In this document: positions 1 through 11,491 of the stretch, in pieces
How positions within the stretch are numbered: the stretch's first letter is position 1
Layout: every line of letters begins with the position of its first letter
Assembly: GCF_001194135.2 (NCBI RefSeq)
Contig: NC_068985.1
Coordinates: forward strand, 22,707,468-22,740,283
Reading direction: 5' to 3'
DNA length: 32,816 nucleotides
From: Octopus bimaculoides
Lineage: Eukaryota
The notes under the pieces: model-generated
The model's database searches: none
What the model saw: only the letters and a program-made list of their open reading frames with translations
Told to the model about the DNA's origin: nothing
Translations under genes and position numbers: made by a program

Positions 1-184
1 TTTTTTTAAAAGAGCAATGAATTCTGGGTGATTAGAATATAACGTAGCATGAATTTAGGAAGCTTAGAAAATGAATAAGCATGAATTTAAGACAACAACT
101 GAATTCAATTGAATTTCATGGAGAGAAACAAGATAAATAATAAGGGACAAAAAACTAAAGCGCAAGGTATTGAGATGTTTGAGG

Positions 185-520
185 CCGTAGCCAGCATGGG
201 TTGGACGATTTGACTGGGGACTGGTGAACCAGATGGCTACACCAGACTCCAATCTGATCTGGCAGAGTTTCTATAGCTGGATGTCCTTCCTAATGCCAAC
301 CACTCCGAGAGTGTAGTGGGTGCTTTTACGTGCCACCGGCATGAAGGCCAGTCAGGCGGTACTAGCAATGGCCACGCTCAAATGGTGTTTTGTATGTGCC
401 ACCTGCACAGGAGTCAGTCCAATGTTTTGTTCACATGCCACCAGCATGAGTGCCAGTAAGGCGAAGCTGGAAACGTTCGCGCTCAAATGGTACTTTTTAT
501 GTGCCACCGGCACGGAAGCG
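185..520 (-). mobile_element. RTE-tail-derived short repeat
   Basis: Reverse complement matches the 3' UTR of the RTE at 31850-32310 (GGAAGGGCATCCAGC, CCAACCCATGC.AGCATGG). Confidence 0.85.
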
Positions 521-861
521 AGGTCATGTTTACAAAATCTCAATATGTCTTAGAATTTTTTTTTCCCAAATATATGATGTACAATCAGCAGCCATGTCAA
601 AATAACTAATTTTCTGAATGGCTGATTGAAAAAAAAAAAAATACAAATCCAATAAATAATCAAAAAACAAAATTGATTATTTGTTTTCTACATTTATTCA
701 TTTGTGATACTAATTTCGTCTGACAAGATACAACATTATTTTCTTTTAAGAAAGCAATGTACTTGTCTCAGTTGAACCATTATATTAAAAATAATTAGTG
801 ATGAAAGAGGCATTTATTTATTACATACTTAATTATTATCAATGTTGGCACCACATACAAA

Positions 862-1078
862 GCACTTGTGTTGGTGCCACGTAAAAAGCACCTGGTGCCA
901 TGAAAAAAAAAACCCAGTACACTCTGTAAAGTGGTTGTCATTAGGAAGGGCATCCAACCAAACAGACCATGCCTAAGCAGACAATTAGAGCCAGGTGTAG
1001 CTCTCTGGCTTGCCAGTTCCTGTCAAATCACCCAACTCATGCCAGCATGGAAAACGGATATTAAATGAGGATGATGAC
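862..1078 (+). mobile_element. RTE-tail-derived short repeat
   Basis: GGTGCCAC.TAAAAAGCACC unit, AGGAAGGGCATCCA, CATGCCAGCATGGAAAACGGA and a (GAT)n-like end. Confidence 0.8.
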
Positions 1079-1280
1079 AGTGCTACTTGCATTATATTTT
1101 GGATATAAATAAATAGTTATTGAGTGAAGCTTATAAAACTTTTCTCTGAACAAAACCTTAGATATGACATAGATCTGAATTGTCTTTTCTTCTGATGGTA
1201 ATGACGAGAACATGCTGTATTTTGATAAAATATTTTTTGTAACAATATATATTTTTTTCATTTGATTTTTTTTTTATTAG

Positions 1281-1505
<225 letters not shown>

Positions 1506-1797
1506 TAGTAGGCAATAATTTGATATTACTAAACTGTGAAAAATAACATTGCTGTAATGTGGCAATTATTTCAGAAGTTTTTATCTTTGCTGTTGGCTGA
1601 GTTAGGCATAGGTATAAGTGTGTGGTAAGAAGTTTGCTTTCCAACCACATAGTTTCATGTTCAGTCCCACTGCATGGCACCTTGGGCAAATGTCTTCTAC
1701 TATAGCCCTGGGCCAACCAAACCCTTTTATTTAGTATGAATGTATGTTTGAGAGATTGTTGCAGATCCTATAATTCTGCTTTGTTTTTTTTCCTCAG

Positions 1798-1876
1798 GTT
1801 TTGAAAGATTCAGTGCCTATTCTGGTTATGCAAATACTTTCCTGTGGAAAGGAGATTTTCAAGATAAGACTGTGAG
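1798..1876 (+). CDS. PARG: PARG internal exon (tyrosine-clasp region)
   Basis: tcctcag|GT acceptor and AG|gtacgt donor. Continues in frame as G-FERFSAYSGYANTFLWKGDFQDKTV-R, matching the PARG Y.GYA.T segment. Phase 1 in, phase 2 out. Confidence 0.95.
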
Positions 1877-2600
1877 GTACGTTTTTAGGTTATTAAATTA
1901 ATGTCTTGTTTGTTTTTGAAGGTAAAACACTGCTTTTTTTAATGTTGTAAATTTTGCCAATATAGTAGCTTAATTAGTTCGTGACTACCAACATCCAAAA
2001 GAAAGTAATACATTGAAATGATTAATTGGATGATCGAGTACATTAATTTGCAAGAAACCTAGGTTTCTTGCCAGTTGGCTCGGTTTGAAGATTCCATCTT
2101 GTGATTCTTTCCTGTTACATTCTAATTATGGACATTGTAGTTACCTGTCTGTAGTATTGGAGTTGTGACCTTTCAATGTAAAGTTGTGGATCAATAGAAA
2201 TGAAACATCTTGGATTTGAATTTCTCTAGCAAGTGATTTGATCTGAGAGCATTTGTTAGAGCAATTATATTGTAGAAGAGCCATGTAATAACACACAAAG
2301 CTGTTTAATTCATTTAGAATTTATTCTATGAGGTGACAAAATTTTCATCATGCATTGGCAACCTTAGTCACTGAAATAGTTAAAATAAGTAAGCTGAATA
2401 TAAGTTATTGTAGATGCTATGTGAACTTTGGATATAGGTTTAATGTTAATTTGCTAAGTAAGTTCCTCAGTATCAAAAGTATCATTTTATGTGTACAAAT
2501 ATGATAACCATACTAGTTTTAACTTGTAGTATAAAACAACTGACTTAAGTTAGTTGGAGGTCAGTGAAAATACTGTATTTACTTGTGTATAAGTTGCACT

Positions 2601-2987
2601 GTGGAGGCGCAATGGCCCAGTGGTTAGGGCAGCGGACTTGCAGTCATAAGATCGCGGTTTCGATTCCCAGACCGGGCGTTGTGAGTGTTTATTGGGCGAA
2701 AACACCTAAAGCTCCACGAGGCTCCAGCAGGGGATGGTGGCGAACCCTGCTGTACTCTTTCACCACAACTTTCTCTCACTCTTACTTCCTGTTTCTGTTG
2801 TGCCTGTAATTCAAAGGGTCAGCCTTGTCACACTGTGTCACGCTGAATATCCCCGAGAACTACGTTAAGGGTACACGTGTCTATGGAGTGCTCAGCCACT
2901 TGCACGTTAATTTCACGAGCAGGCTGTTCCGTTGATCGGATCAACTGGAACCCTCGACGTCGTAAGCGACGAAGTTCCAACAACAAC
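2601..2987 (+). mobile_element. Young full-length tRNA-derived SINE with perfect 12-bp TSD
   Basis: A box (TGGCCCAGTGG) and B box (GGTTTCGATTCCC), CpG-rich body and (CAA)n tail. Flanked by ATAAGTTGCACT at 2589-2600 and 2988-2999. Confidence 0.92.
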
Positions 2988-3431
2988 ATAAGTTGCACTA
3001 TTTTATATTTGATTTTAACTGAAGAATCTGGGGTGTGATATACAGGGCAAATCTAAAACTATGAAGGGAAAAAATTGTGTACCAAGATTTAACACTAAAT
3101 TAGGGGTAAGATGTATATATGAATGTGATTTATACATGAGTAAATTTGATAGTTGAAGTTGATTTTAGAAAGTAGGGCTTCTTCCTTAAAATATTATTGT
3201 ATCAAAGGCTCATTGGAACATAAATTAGAGAATCTTTCAACTCAATGTTGATAAGAGGATACTGGCAATGACAGTTTTATCAATGTAGCTGCAAAGATTT
3301 ATTTTATTCACTTCTGGTTGATGGAGAATGTCCATCTCAGTTAATTAAAATATGAGGAAACAAATTTTAATTGTTCAAAGTATTCAACCTTCATGCCAAG
3401 AATATCAGAGAGCTGTGTTCATTTAATTTAC

Positions 3432-3597
3432 TGTGAGGGAGTGCTGAAAAGTTCCTGGCTTTTGGTAAAAAAAAATACAGGGGGATCAGTTAACTATGAT
3501 TTTATTCAACATATTCCCCTCTCAGACTTACACACTTATTGCAGTGGTCCTTCAGTTTTTTTTAAACCCTGTAAAAAAACCTGGAAGGTTGGGCTTC
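3432..3597 (-). mobile_element. 3' end of a second mariner family, truncated by the N gap
   Basis: Minus strand encodes a frameshifted ...LQGLKKLKDHCNKCVSLRGEYVE-stop (stop 3504-3502), a typical mariner C-terminus. It is followed by a TIR-like sequence (plus strand TGAGGGAGTGCTGAAAAGTTCCTGGC). Confidence 0.7.
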
Positions 3598-4186
3598 NNN
3601 NNNNNNNNNNNNNNNNNNNNNNNNNNNNNNNNNNNNNNNNNNNNNNNNNNNNNNNNNNNNNNNNNNNNNNNNNNNNNNNNNNNNNNNNNNNNNNNNNNNN
3701 NNNNNNNNNNNNNNNNNNNNNNNNNNNNNNNNNNNNNNNNNNNNNNNNNNNNNNNNNNNNNNNNNNNNNNNNNNNNNNNNNNNNNNNNNNNNNNNNNNNN
3801 NNNNNNNNNNNNNNNNNNNNNNNNNNNNNNNNNNNNNNNNNNNNNNNNNNNNNNNNNNNNNNNNNNNNNNNNNNNNNNNNNNNNNNNNNNNNNNNNNNNN
3901 NNNNNNNNNNNNNNNNNNNNNNNNNNNNNNNNNNNNNNNNNNNNNNNNNNNNNNNNNNNNNNNNNNNNNNNNNNNNNNNNNNNNNNNNNNNNNNNNNNNN
4001 NNNNNNNNNNNNNNNNNNNNNNNNNNNNNNNNNNNNNNNNNNNNNNNNNNNNNNNNNNNNNNNNNNNNNNNNNNNNNNNNNNNNNNNNNNNNNNNNNNNN
4101 NNNNNNNNNNNNNNNNNNNNNNNNNNNNNNNNNNNNNNNNNNNNNNNNNNNNNNNNNNNNNNNNNNNNNNNNNNNNNNNNNNNNNN
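3598..4186. other. Assembly gap (589 N); other gaps 10938-11037 (100 N) and 21909-22306 (398 N)
   Basis: N runs. All X-containing ORFs in the track are artefacts of these gaps. Confidence 1.
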
Positions 4187-4385
4187 CCATGCTGGCATGG
4201 ATTGGTCAGTTGGAGAGGAGCTGGTAAACCAGAGAACTGCACAAGGTTCCATTGTCTGCTTTGGCATTGTTTTTGTGGCTGGATGCCCTCCCTGACGCCA
4301 ACCACTTTACAAAGTAAGTGCATTGGGTACTTTTTATGTGGCACCAGCCCAGGTGCTTTTTACATGGCACCAGTGCCAGCAGGGT
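4187..4385 (-). mobile_element. RTE-tail-derived short repeat, cut by N gap
   Basis: Reverse complement is colinear with 862-1050. Confidence 0.8.
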
Positions 4386-4392
4386 CAGCAAA

Positions 4393-5617
4393 TAGGTCAT
4401 CAAGTATGAAATTTGTAGTAAGGTATAGAGTGAACTTTGGCAGCTGCTCATTTTGTGCCATTATTATATTTTGACAATCTTTATTTTTTGTCAGAAAGCC
4501 GACACATATATTTCTTTATTCTAACTCATTTTGCACTTTATAAAGTATTTATAAATCATTTTTTGCTATTTTTATTTAGTAATGGATAAGTCAGAAATTC
4601 ATACAGTTTTAAAATATGAGTTCTTTCTTGAAAATACAGCTTCACAGACAGCTCAGAATATTAATGGAGTATTTCATTCCAATGTTATTACACAGCAGGC
4701 AGTATCAAATTGATTTGAAAAATTTCATTCTGGTAACTTTGACCTCACAAATGAGCAACGTGGTCGACCAGAAACAAAGGCAGATAATGACGTACTGAAA
4801 GCCACCATCGAGTCAGATCCATCTCAAAGTGCCTGTGAATTATTATTGTTGTTTGGTGTTAGCAAGCAAACAATATTGACTCACCTAGTTCAAATCGGTA
4901 AAGTGAAAAAGTTGGATAAGTGGGTTCCACATGAACTCAATGAAAATCAGAAACAGCAACGTTTGGAAGCCTGCATTATGCTACTTTCTTGTCACAAAAA
5001 TGAATCATTTTTTAATCGAATTGTAATGTGATGAGAAATGGATCCAATACAACAACCGTAAACGTTCAGCACAATGGTTGGACAAAGACGAGCCACTAAA
5101 ACAGTCCAAAAAGCAAAATTCATCAAAAGAAGCTGATGGTGTGTGTTTGGTGGTCTGGTGCAGGTGTGATCCATTATGATTTCATTAAACCTGGCTCATC
5201 AATCACGGCTGAAGTATACTGCAACCAACTGGACCAAATGATGATGAAAAAGAGCCTAGATTAGTCAACAGACTCCTATTTTATTGCAAGACAACACCAG
5301 ACCAAACATTGCAAAAATGACATTAGCGAAACTACAAGAGTTGGAGTTGGAAGCTCTCCATCATCCACCATACTCACCTGATCTTGCCCCCACTGACTAC
5401 CACTTCTTCCAGAATTTGGATAACTTTTTGATAAGAAAGAAATTTAATTCTGATGATGTTGTAAAACAGGCCTTCCAAGATTTTATTGACTCTAGATTGC
5501 CAGGCTTTTACAGTTCCGAGCTGTATGGGTGCATACTTTGATAAATAGAACTATTCCTTGTATTTATAAAGCATTAGCAAACTTTTTTTCTTTACAAATT
5601 TCTTACTTGACGACCTA
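4393..5617 (+). mobile_element. Near full-length Tc1/mariner (DD34D) element, inactive, in a PARG intron
   Basis: TIRs GGTCATCAAGTATGAAATTTGTA (4395-4417) and TACAAATTTCTTACTTGACGACC (5593-5615) match at 21/23 and are flanked by TA. Transposase relic from ATG 4582 (MDKSEIH...) includes WVPHELNE, DEKW, QDN and HPPYSPDLAPTDYHFF, interrupted by a stop and frameshifts. Confidence 0.93.
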
Positions 5618-6195
5618 ATCCCTTGGCTGGGAGGGGGAGTGGTACTGTGGGAGGTGATCTTGTGCTAGTTGAGAGGTTAAAGTATAACAGAGGGATAGAG
5701 ATATGGAGGAGATACTTGGCTACCCCAGTAAGAAAAGAAAGGAGAGGAAGGAGAGTTAGAAAGATAAACAGAGAGAGAGAGAAATAGATGGTGTTTGAGA
5801 TGCTTTGAGATAACTCACTAATGTGTGTGTGTTTGTGTGTATTTACCTGCCTGTGTGGTTTAGATAGTTTTTCTACTTCTTGCATAAACTATTTATGTAA
5901 TTATTTTAAAGCTATACCCTTGCGTCAACCATTTATTAACAGAAAGGCTATCTTGCTGGTTTTCCATCTGGGTGACTATAAATAAGGTACCTTTTCTTAA
6001 ATACTTTTCAACCATGGATGAGTGCAATGTTTGAAAATAATCTCCTTTCTACATTAGTATAAGTCCACAGTGCCTTGCTTTAATGACACTTTTAACTCTT
6101 TGAAACAGTAAGAAATAAAGATATACAAACAGTTGTTTGAAAGCATCAGTTTTATTGTGGGTGTTTTTGTGTTTTATTATTACAATCATAGTTGA

Positions 6196-6390
6196 AGGTG
6201 GCGACCAAGCAGAATCATTAGCACACTAGACGAAATGCTTAGGGGCATTTCTTCTGAGTTCAGATATCACTGAGGTTGACTTTACTTTTCATCCTCTTGG
6301 GGTTGATAACACAAGTACCAGTTAAGCACTGGGATCGATGTAATCAACTTCTCTCTCCTCAAATTGCTGGCATTGTGCAAAAATTCGGAA
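6196..6390 (+). mobile_element. Second SINE family (GGTGGCGAGCTGGCAGAAT head); other copies 10124-10340 (+), 14018-14200 (-), 24065-24232 (-)
   Basis: Shared GAGGTTGACTTT.C.TTTCATCCT, GATAA...AAGTACCA and TTTGAAACC segments among the four copies. Confidence 0.75.
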
Positions 6391-6542
6391 AAATTATCAG
6401 TCATAATTTGTTATATTTCCTGTTTTTAGGTCCACATTAGCTCATGTTGTCTCATCTCATTTATAACATATATACAAAGATTCATGGAAGAAATGTAAAC
6501 CAAAAAAAACAAAAAACAAAAACAAAAAACCGGCTCTTTTAA

Positions 6543-6761
6543 CCCTTTAGCATTCAGATTTCTTTGTCAAATGTATTGCTTATTTATTCACATTGTTTTG
6601 AACTAAACAGACATTATTTTCTAGCTTCAAGATTTCAATATGTGAATATATATTTTTAGAATGACATTGTAGGGTAGGTATGAGAAGGCAGATCTGGTCA
6701 CTTTGAACATAAAACAGGTAGAACAGTTAGCCTGGACATGGTCCATTTAAATGCTAAAGGG
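6543..6761 (+). mobile_element. piggyBac-like MITE
   Basis: TTAA|CCCTTTAGCATT ... AATGCTAAAGGG|TTAA: CCCT-starting TIRs with a TTAA duplication. Homologous copy at 18226-18432. Confidence 0.75.
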
Positions 6762-7025
6762 TTAACTCAATAATGTCTTTCACTTGAATTAACTATAAAG
6801 TGATCACCTTTTTGTTTTATACATATATGGTTATGTGAATTACATAATTGTCTAAAGCTGCTAATCTTGACATGAAATAGAATGATAAAGCAAGCTGCTC
6901 AAATTTAGTGTCAGTGCATTGCAAAATTCATCAAAAATAAAGTGTGTTAATGTATGTATATTTCTATGATTACAGACAATTTTATGGTATAAAGATTGAA
7001 ATGCAATCTGTTTTTCTTATTTTAG

Positions 7026-7134
7026 GCCTACTGTGGATTTCATGACCACTTACAGCAAGATGCTGGTTATCTTCCAGCAGTATGCTCTGGGAATTGGGGC
7101 TGTGGTGCATTCGGAGGAGATCATCAACTAAAAG
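7026..7134 (+). CDS. PARG: PARG internal exon (GNWGCGAFGG diphosphate-binding loop)
   Basis: ttttag|GCC acceptor and AAAG|gtattc donor. Translates AYCGFHDHLQQDAGYLPAVCSGNWGCGAFGGDHQLK. Phase 0 in, phase 1 out. Confidence 0.96.
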
Positions 7135-7420
7135 GTATTCAGATCATTAGTTCTTTTAGTTGTGTCTTAATTACACTCTTTTAGCTGGGTTTTATTTTGA
7201 TATATATTTTTATGCTGTCATGATTAATCTACCGGTTAATAATACCAGCAAGAAAACGGCCCTCTGGGCGGTTTACGCATATTGATATTATGTATACATG
7301 TAGATATGATATATAAATTATAGAGTAAATTGACAATATGCTCATGAATTGAACAAAAACCATGTTATAGTTTATTCTATAATCAGTAAAATAATCCATG
7401 ATACATTTAAAAAAGATGAT

Positions 7421-7608
7421 AATCATCATCATCATCATCATCATCGTCGTTTAACGTCCGCTTTCCATGCTAGCATGGGTTGGACGATTTGACTGAGGAC
7501 TGGTGAAACCAGATGGCTACACCAGGCTCCAATCTGATTTGGCAGAGTTTCTACAGCTGGATGCCCTTCCTAATGCCAACCACTCCAAGAGTGTAGTGGG
7601 TGCTTTTT
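7421..7608 (-). mobile_element. Young RTE-tail-derived short repeat
   Basis: (CAT)n then CGTTTAACGTCCGCTTTCCATGCTAGCATGGGTTGGACG..., nearly identical to 14257-14430 and to the reverse complement of 24500-24670. Confidence 0.9.
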
Positions 7609-8311
7609 GGAAAAGCGATGTGACTGTCAAGGGAAAATGTTCATGAATCTTTGCTTGAGTGAATTTGAAAACAGATGTGCTGGTGGGAATTAATGAATTA
7701 CATTTACCAATATGAAGAATTGAGTTTTGCTATATTGTTGTTTCATTATATTCACGTATAAATGTCTTAACTGTTTCTAGTGTCCCTTTCTTAGCAATTA
7801 AAAAGAAACTTAAATACATTTCAATTAAAAGAGAGTAATGAATGTCTCACCACTGTAGAATTTTTTTTGCAGGCACGAGTCAGCAAATGGACCCTTTTCA
7901 TTTATCTTGGTTAATATTTTTATATTTTGTTTTCTTGATGTTCTTGATAATGCAACATACATCTGACTATGTGCAAAGGATTGTTTTTGGGATATTATTG
8001 ACTAAATAATTTCAAGGTGGTACCCCAGCATGACCACAGTCTAACACAATTTGAAAACTTAATTCTATTAGATAGGGATTATTGTTTTTGCACTACGTAA
8101 TACTTTCAAAAATAATTTACTCACTTGTTTTGTTGCTTTGTTTTTTTTTGCTTTATTACTATTTATTTACATATGGAATTCAAATGGAAGTTGATGTTTA
8201 AAACAGAAGCGAATCTTGTAATATTAAGCATTATAATTTATGTTTAATATACAAATAAACTTTATAGTTTAAAAACTTTTTAATATTCATTGATAATTTC
8301 TTCAAAGTAAT

Positions 8312-9320
8312 ATGACCTTTTTTACCAGCAGAGGTAAGAGCTCTCTGAACTTTGCCCAGGCTATTCTTATTCTAGCAGCTACACTTTCAGCGCACCCTCC
8401 CCCGATACGGAAGCTATCAACTACTTCTAGTTTTTCTCCCTGGAATGTGGCAGAAGTTGTTCTCGGCACATTTTCAGTGTTTATTGCTCCTGAGCCTCTG
8501 CCACATACAAAAACTATCTTCCTAGTTAGCCTTCCTTCGATACTGCTGCACCTCTTATGTGTCCATAGCTTGCACTGGGTGCATCTTATAGAGTTACTAC
8601 CCACTCCTTTTCTACAGATCGAGCAGGACCATCTACCTGAAGGGGTTTGTGTTTTGTCTGCCTTCCTACTTATTAGGACTTTGGTTTTAGCTAGGTTGAC
8701 TCTAAGGCCCTTCGATTCTAGTCCCTGCTTCCACACCTGAAACTTCTCCTCTAGTTCTGATAGTGACTCAGCAATTAGTGCAAGGTCATCAGCATAGAGG
8801 AGCTCCCAGGAGCATCATGTCTTGTATTCCTCTGTTATTGCCTGGAGGACTATGATGAATAAGAGGGGCTGAGGACTGAACCTTGGTGGACCCCTACCTT
8901 TACCCGGAATTCTTCACTGTACTCGTTGCCTACCCTCACCTTACTGACAGCATCCCTGTACATGGCTTATACAGCTCTCACTAACCACTCATCTATCCCT
9001 AGTTTCCTCATTGACCACCAGAGAAGGGATTGGGGTCCCTGTCAAAGGCTTTCTCCATGTCAACGAAAGCCATATACAGAGGTTTATCCTTGGCTAGGTA
9101 TTTCTCCTGCAGCTGTCTTACCAGAAATATAGCATCAGTGGTGCTTTTCCCTGGCATGAACGCAACCTGCATCTCATCTAAACTGACTTTCTCCCTAATT
9201 AGTTGGGCTATGACCCTCTCCGTGACTTTCATTACATGATCTAAAAGCTTGATACCTCTGTAATTGTTTGTGTCTAAAGTGTCACCTTTACCTTTGTAGC
9301 AGTTGACTATGGTGCTGCAA
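8312..9320 (-). mobile_element. RTE-clade LINE fragment (RT core to thumb), disrupted
   Basis: Minus translation NCYKGKGDTLDTNNYRGIKLL...FVDMEKAFDR...YADDLAL...GLRVNLAKTK...ARIRIAWAKFRELLP, with frameshifts. Truncated at both ends. Confidence 0.93.
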
Positions 9321-9459
9321 CAATGTGGTTTCAGGTTCAGTCCCACTGTGGTGCACCTTGGGCAAGTGGCTTCTACTATAGCTCCAGTTCAAAATCCAAC
9401 CAAAACTTTTGGAGTGGATTTGGTAGATTGAAACTGAAAGAAACTCGTCATAATGTGTA

Positions 9460-9495
<36 letters not shown>

Positions 9496-9720
9496 CATTG
9501 CTTTGCTTTGACATCGCTTGGAAGTTGTAAGCAAGTGTCATTATCATGCCAGCAGTGTCCTTCATTTCCAATCTTCCATAAAAACATGTCTGGTCATGGG
9601 GAAATATTAACTTACTTGGAAACAGGTGAGGGTTGGTGAGAGGAAGGTCCTCCAGCATTAGAAAATCTGCTTCAACAAATTCCATCCAACCCATGCAAAT
9701 ATGGAAGAATAGATGATAAA
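9321..9720 (+). mobile_element. CORE-like tRNA-derived SINE with internal (TG)n; related fragments at 1605-1725 (+), 11080-11210 (-), 15205-15360 (-), 21205-21290 (+)
   Basis: Shared GTTCAGTCCCAC.G..TGGCACCTTGGGCAA.TGTCTTCTACTATAGC segment. This copy abuts the 5' truncation of the RTE at 8312-9320. Confidence 0.75.
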
Positions 9721-9814
9721 ATAACTGAAGAATATTTCATGTTCAAAACATCCTAAGAGATTTGTTGAAAACTTTGCTTTAACATTAATGTTCTTATCTC
9801 TAATTCTATTTCAG

Positions 9815-9943
9815 CATTAATACAAATGATGGCATGTGCCGAAGCACACCGGGATCTTTGCTATTTCACATTTAATGACAAGCGTTTGGCAAAAGAATTG
9901 TGTGAGATGCATAGGTTTTTAACTTCTCATTTCATCATTACTT
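9815..9943 (+). CDS. PARG: PARG penultimate coding exon
   Basis: atttcag|CA acceptor and T|gtaagt donor. Translates A-LIQMMACAEAHRDLCYFTFNDKRLAKELCEMHRFLTSHFIIT, matching PARG LIQ..A.....RD..YFTF.D. Phase 1 at both ends. Confidence 0.95.
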
Positions 9944-10338
9944 GTAAGTATTCAAAGTGTTATTCTTAATATCTTACAACTCCCTAACATTTTTGTGAAT
10001 TTATCTATTGAGTTACTATTTTGTTTTGAATCACATACTTATTCTTTATTATTTGTGGTCTTGTTCCTCTTGACTATATATTATTATTATCATTATTATC
10101 ATCATTATTATCATTATTATTTGTGATGATGATGAGCTGGTAGAATTGTTAGCATGCCAGGCGAAATGCCTAGCGGCATTTCATCTGCCTTTGTGTTCTG
10201 AGTTCACCTTCCATTGAGGTTGACTTTAGCTTTCATCCTTTTGGAGTTGATAAAATAAGTACCAATTGAGCACTGGCGTTGATGAAATTGACTCACCCTC
10301 TCCTCCACACTTGCTGGTCTTGTGCCAAAATTTGAAAC

Positions 10339-10369
<31 letters not shown>

Positions 10370-10409
10370 GTTGTTGTCCTACTGGGGTAGCTAAGTATCT
10401 TCCCTGATG

Positions 10410-10830
10410 ACCCCACAGGTGCTGGCATTATGTAAAAAGCATCTGTGCTGGTGCCATGCAAAAAAACACCCATGTTGGTGCCACTTAAAAAAGCACCCTT
10501 GCTGGTACCTTGTGAAAAGCACCCTTGCTGGCATCACATCAGAAAGCACCTGTGCTGGTGTCGTGTGAAAGAGCACTCATGCTGGTGCCATGTACAAAGT
10601 ACCTGTGTCAGCACCACATAAAAAAGCATGTGTGCCGGCACCACAATTAGAAAGCTCCTGTGCAGTGCCACATAACAAAGCAGCCGTGCCACTACCACTT
10701 GAGAGGGTGCCCATTCTGGTGCCACATGTTAAAGTAGCCGTGCTGGCACCATGTAACAGCACCCAGTACACTCTATAAAGTGGTTTGACATTAGGAAGAG
10801 CATCCAGTTTTGCCAAATCAGATGACTGGT
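10410..10830 (+). repeat. Degenerate tandem array of ~20-30 bp GCTGG(T)GCCA(C/T)GTAAAAAGCACC units followed by the RTE-tail core
   Basis: At least ten recognisable units, then CTCTATAAAGTGGTTTGACATTAGGAAGAGCATCCAG. Confidence 0.8.
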
Positions 10831-11240
10831 GTATGGTGCATACTTTTTTTTTACTTTAAAAATCAGCATGAACTTTCCGGACAACCCAATATATATATAT
10901 GTGCTGTGCGTGAGAAGACCCGGCAAGCCAAGTGAGANNNNNNNNNNNNNNNNNNNNNNNNNNNNNNNNNNNNNNNNNNNNNNNNNNNNNNNNNNNNNNN
11001 NNNNNNNNNNNNNNNNNNNNNNNNNNNNNNNNNNNNNGCACCTTTGGCACCATGCAGTGGCGACCCGTGCGGGCATTCCTGTAGTTTTCATGTACCAAAT
11101 CCACTCACAAGACTTTGGTCAGCCTGGGCTATAGTAAAAGGTACCATGCTGTGGGACTGAACCCAAGGCTTCTTGGTAAGGAAGTAAGCTTCTTAATCAC
11201 ACAGGCACTATAAACACTACATACATACATACACACATTA

Positions 11241-11275
<35 letters not shown>

Positions 11276-11342
11276 CATATGTATGAATTTTGATTATTAA
11301 TGTTTGCCATTCATCTTATTAGAATTGTTTAATCTGTTGTAG

Positions 11343-11491
11343 GTCAATTAATGAGCTTGCTAGAACAGTTCTATGAAGATGGACTTGTACAATGCAAAGC
11401 AGAACAATGCAAGCACAACAATGCAAAGCAATGCAGAGCAAACCAAATGACTTTATTCGATTACATATACCAGCATTATACCAAGGAATAA
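11343..11491 (+). CDS. PARG: PARG last coding exon
   Basis: tgttgtag|GT acceptor in matching phase. Translates C-QLMSLLEQFYEDGLVQCKAEQCKHNNAKQCRANQMTLFDYIYQHYTKE-stop (TAA 11489-11491), resembling the PARG C-terminal helices ending L..FIY. Confidence 0.85.

Noticed and set aside
2367-2381. VTEIV peptide followed by a GTAAGC donor, resembling the missing PARG exon (CTEIVAIDAL)
   Set aside because: It continues KIS rather than AIDA, gives the wrong phase and length, and has no RELNK. Chance match.
2601-2675. tRNA-like sequence
   Set aside because: It is the head of a SINE with body, tail and TSD, and has no complete cloverleaf or terminator.
3393-4344. Long ORFs of 212-300 aa (also 10729-11134 and 21867-22346)
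   Set aside because: Read-through of N gaps.
10410-10760. Repeat array superficially like a CRISPR array
   Set aside because: Eukaryotic context, degenerate variable-length units without unique spacers, and the same units occur in the RTE 3' UTR.
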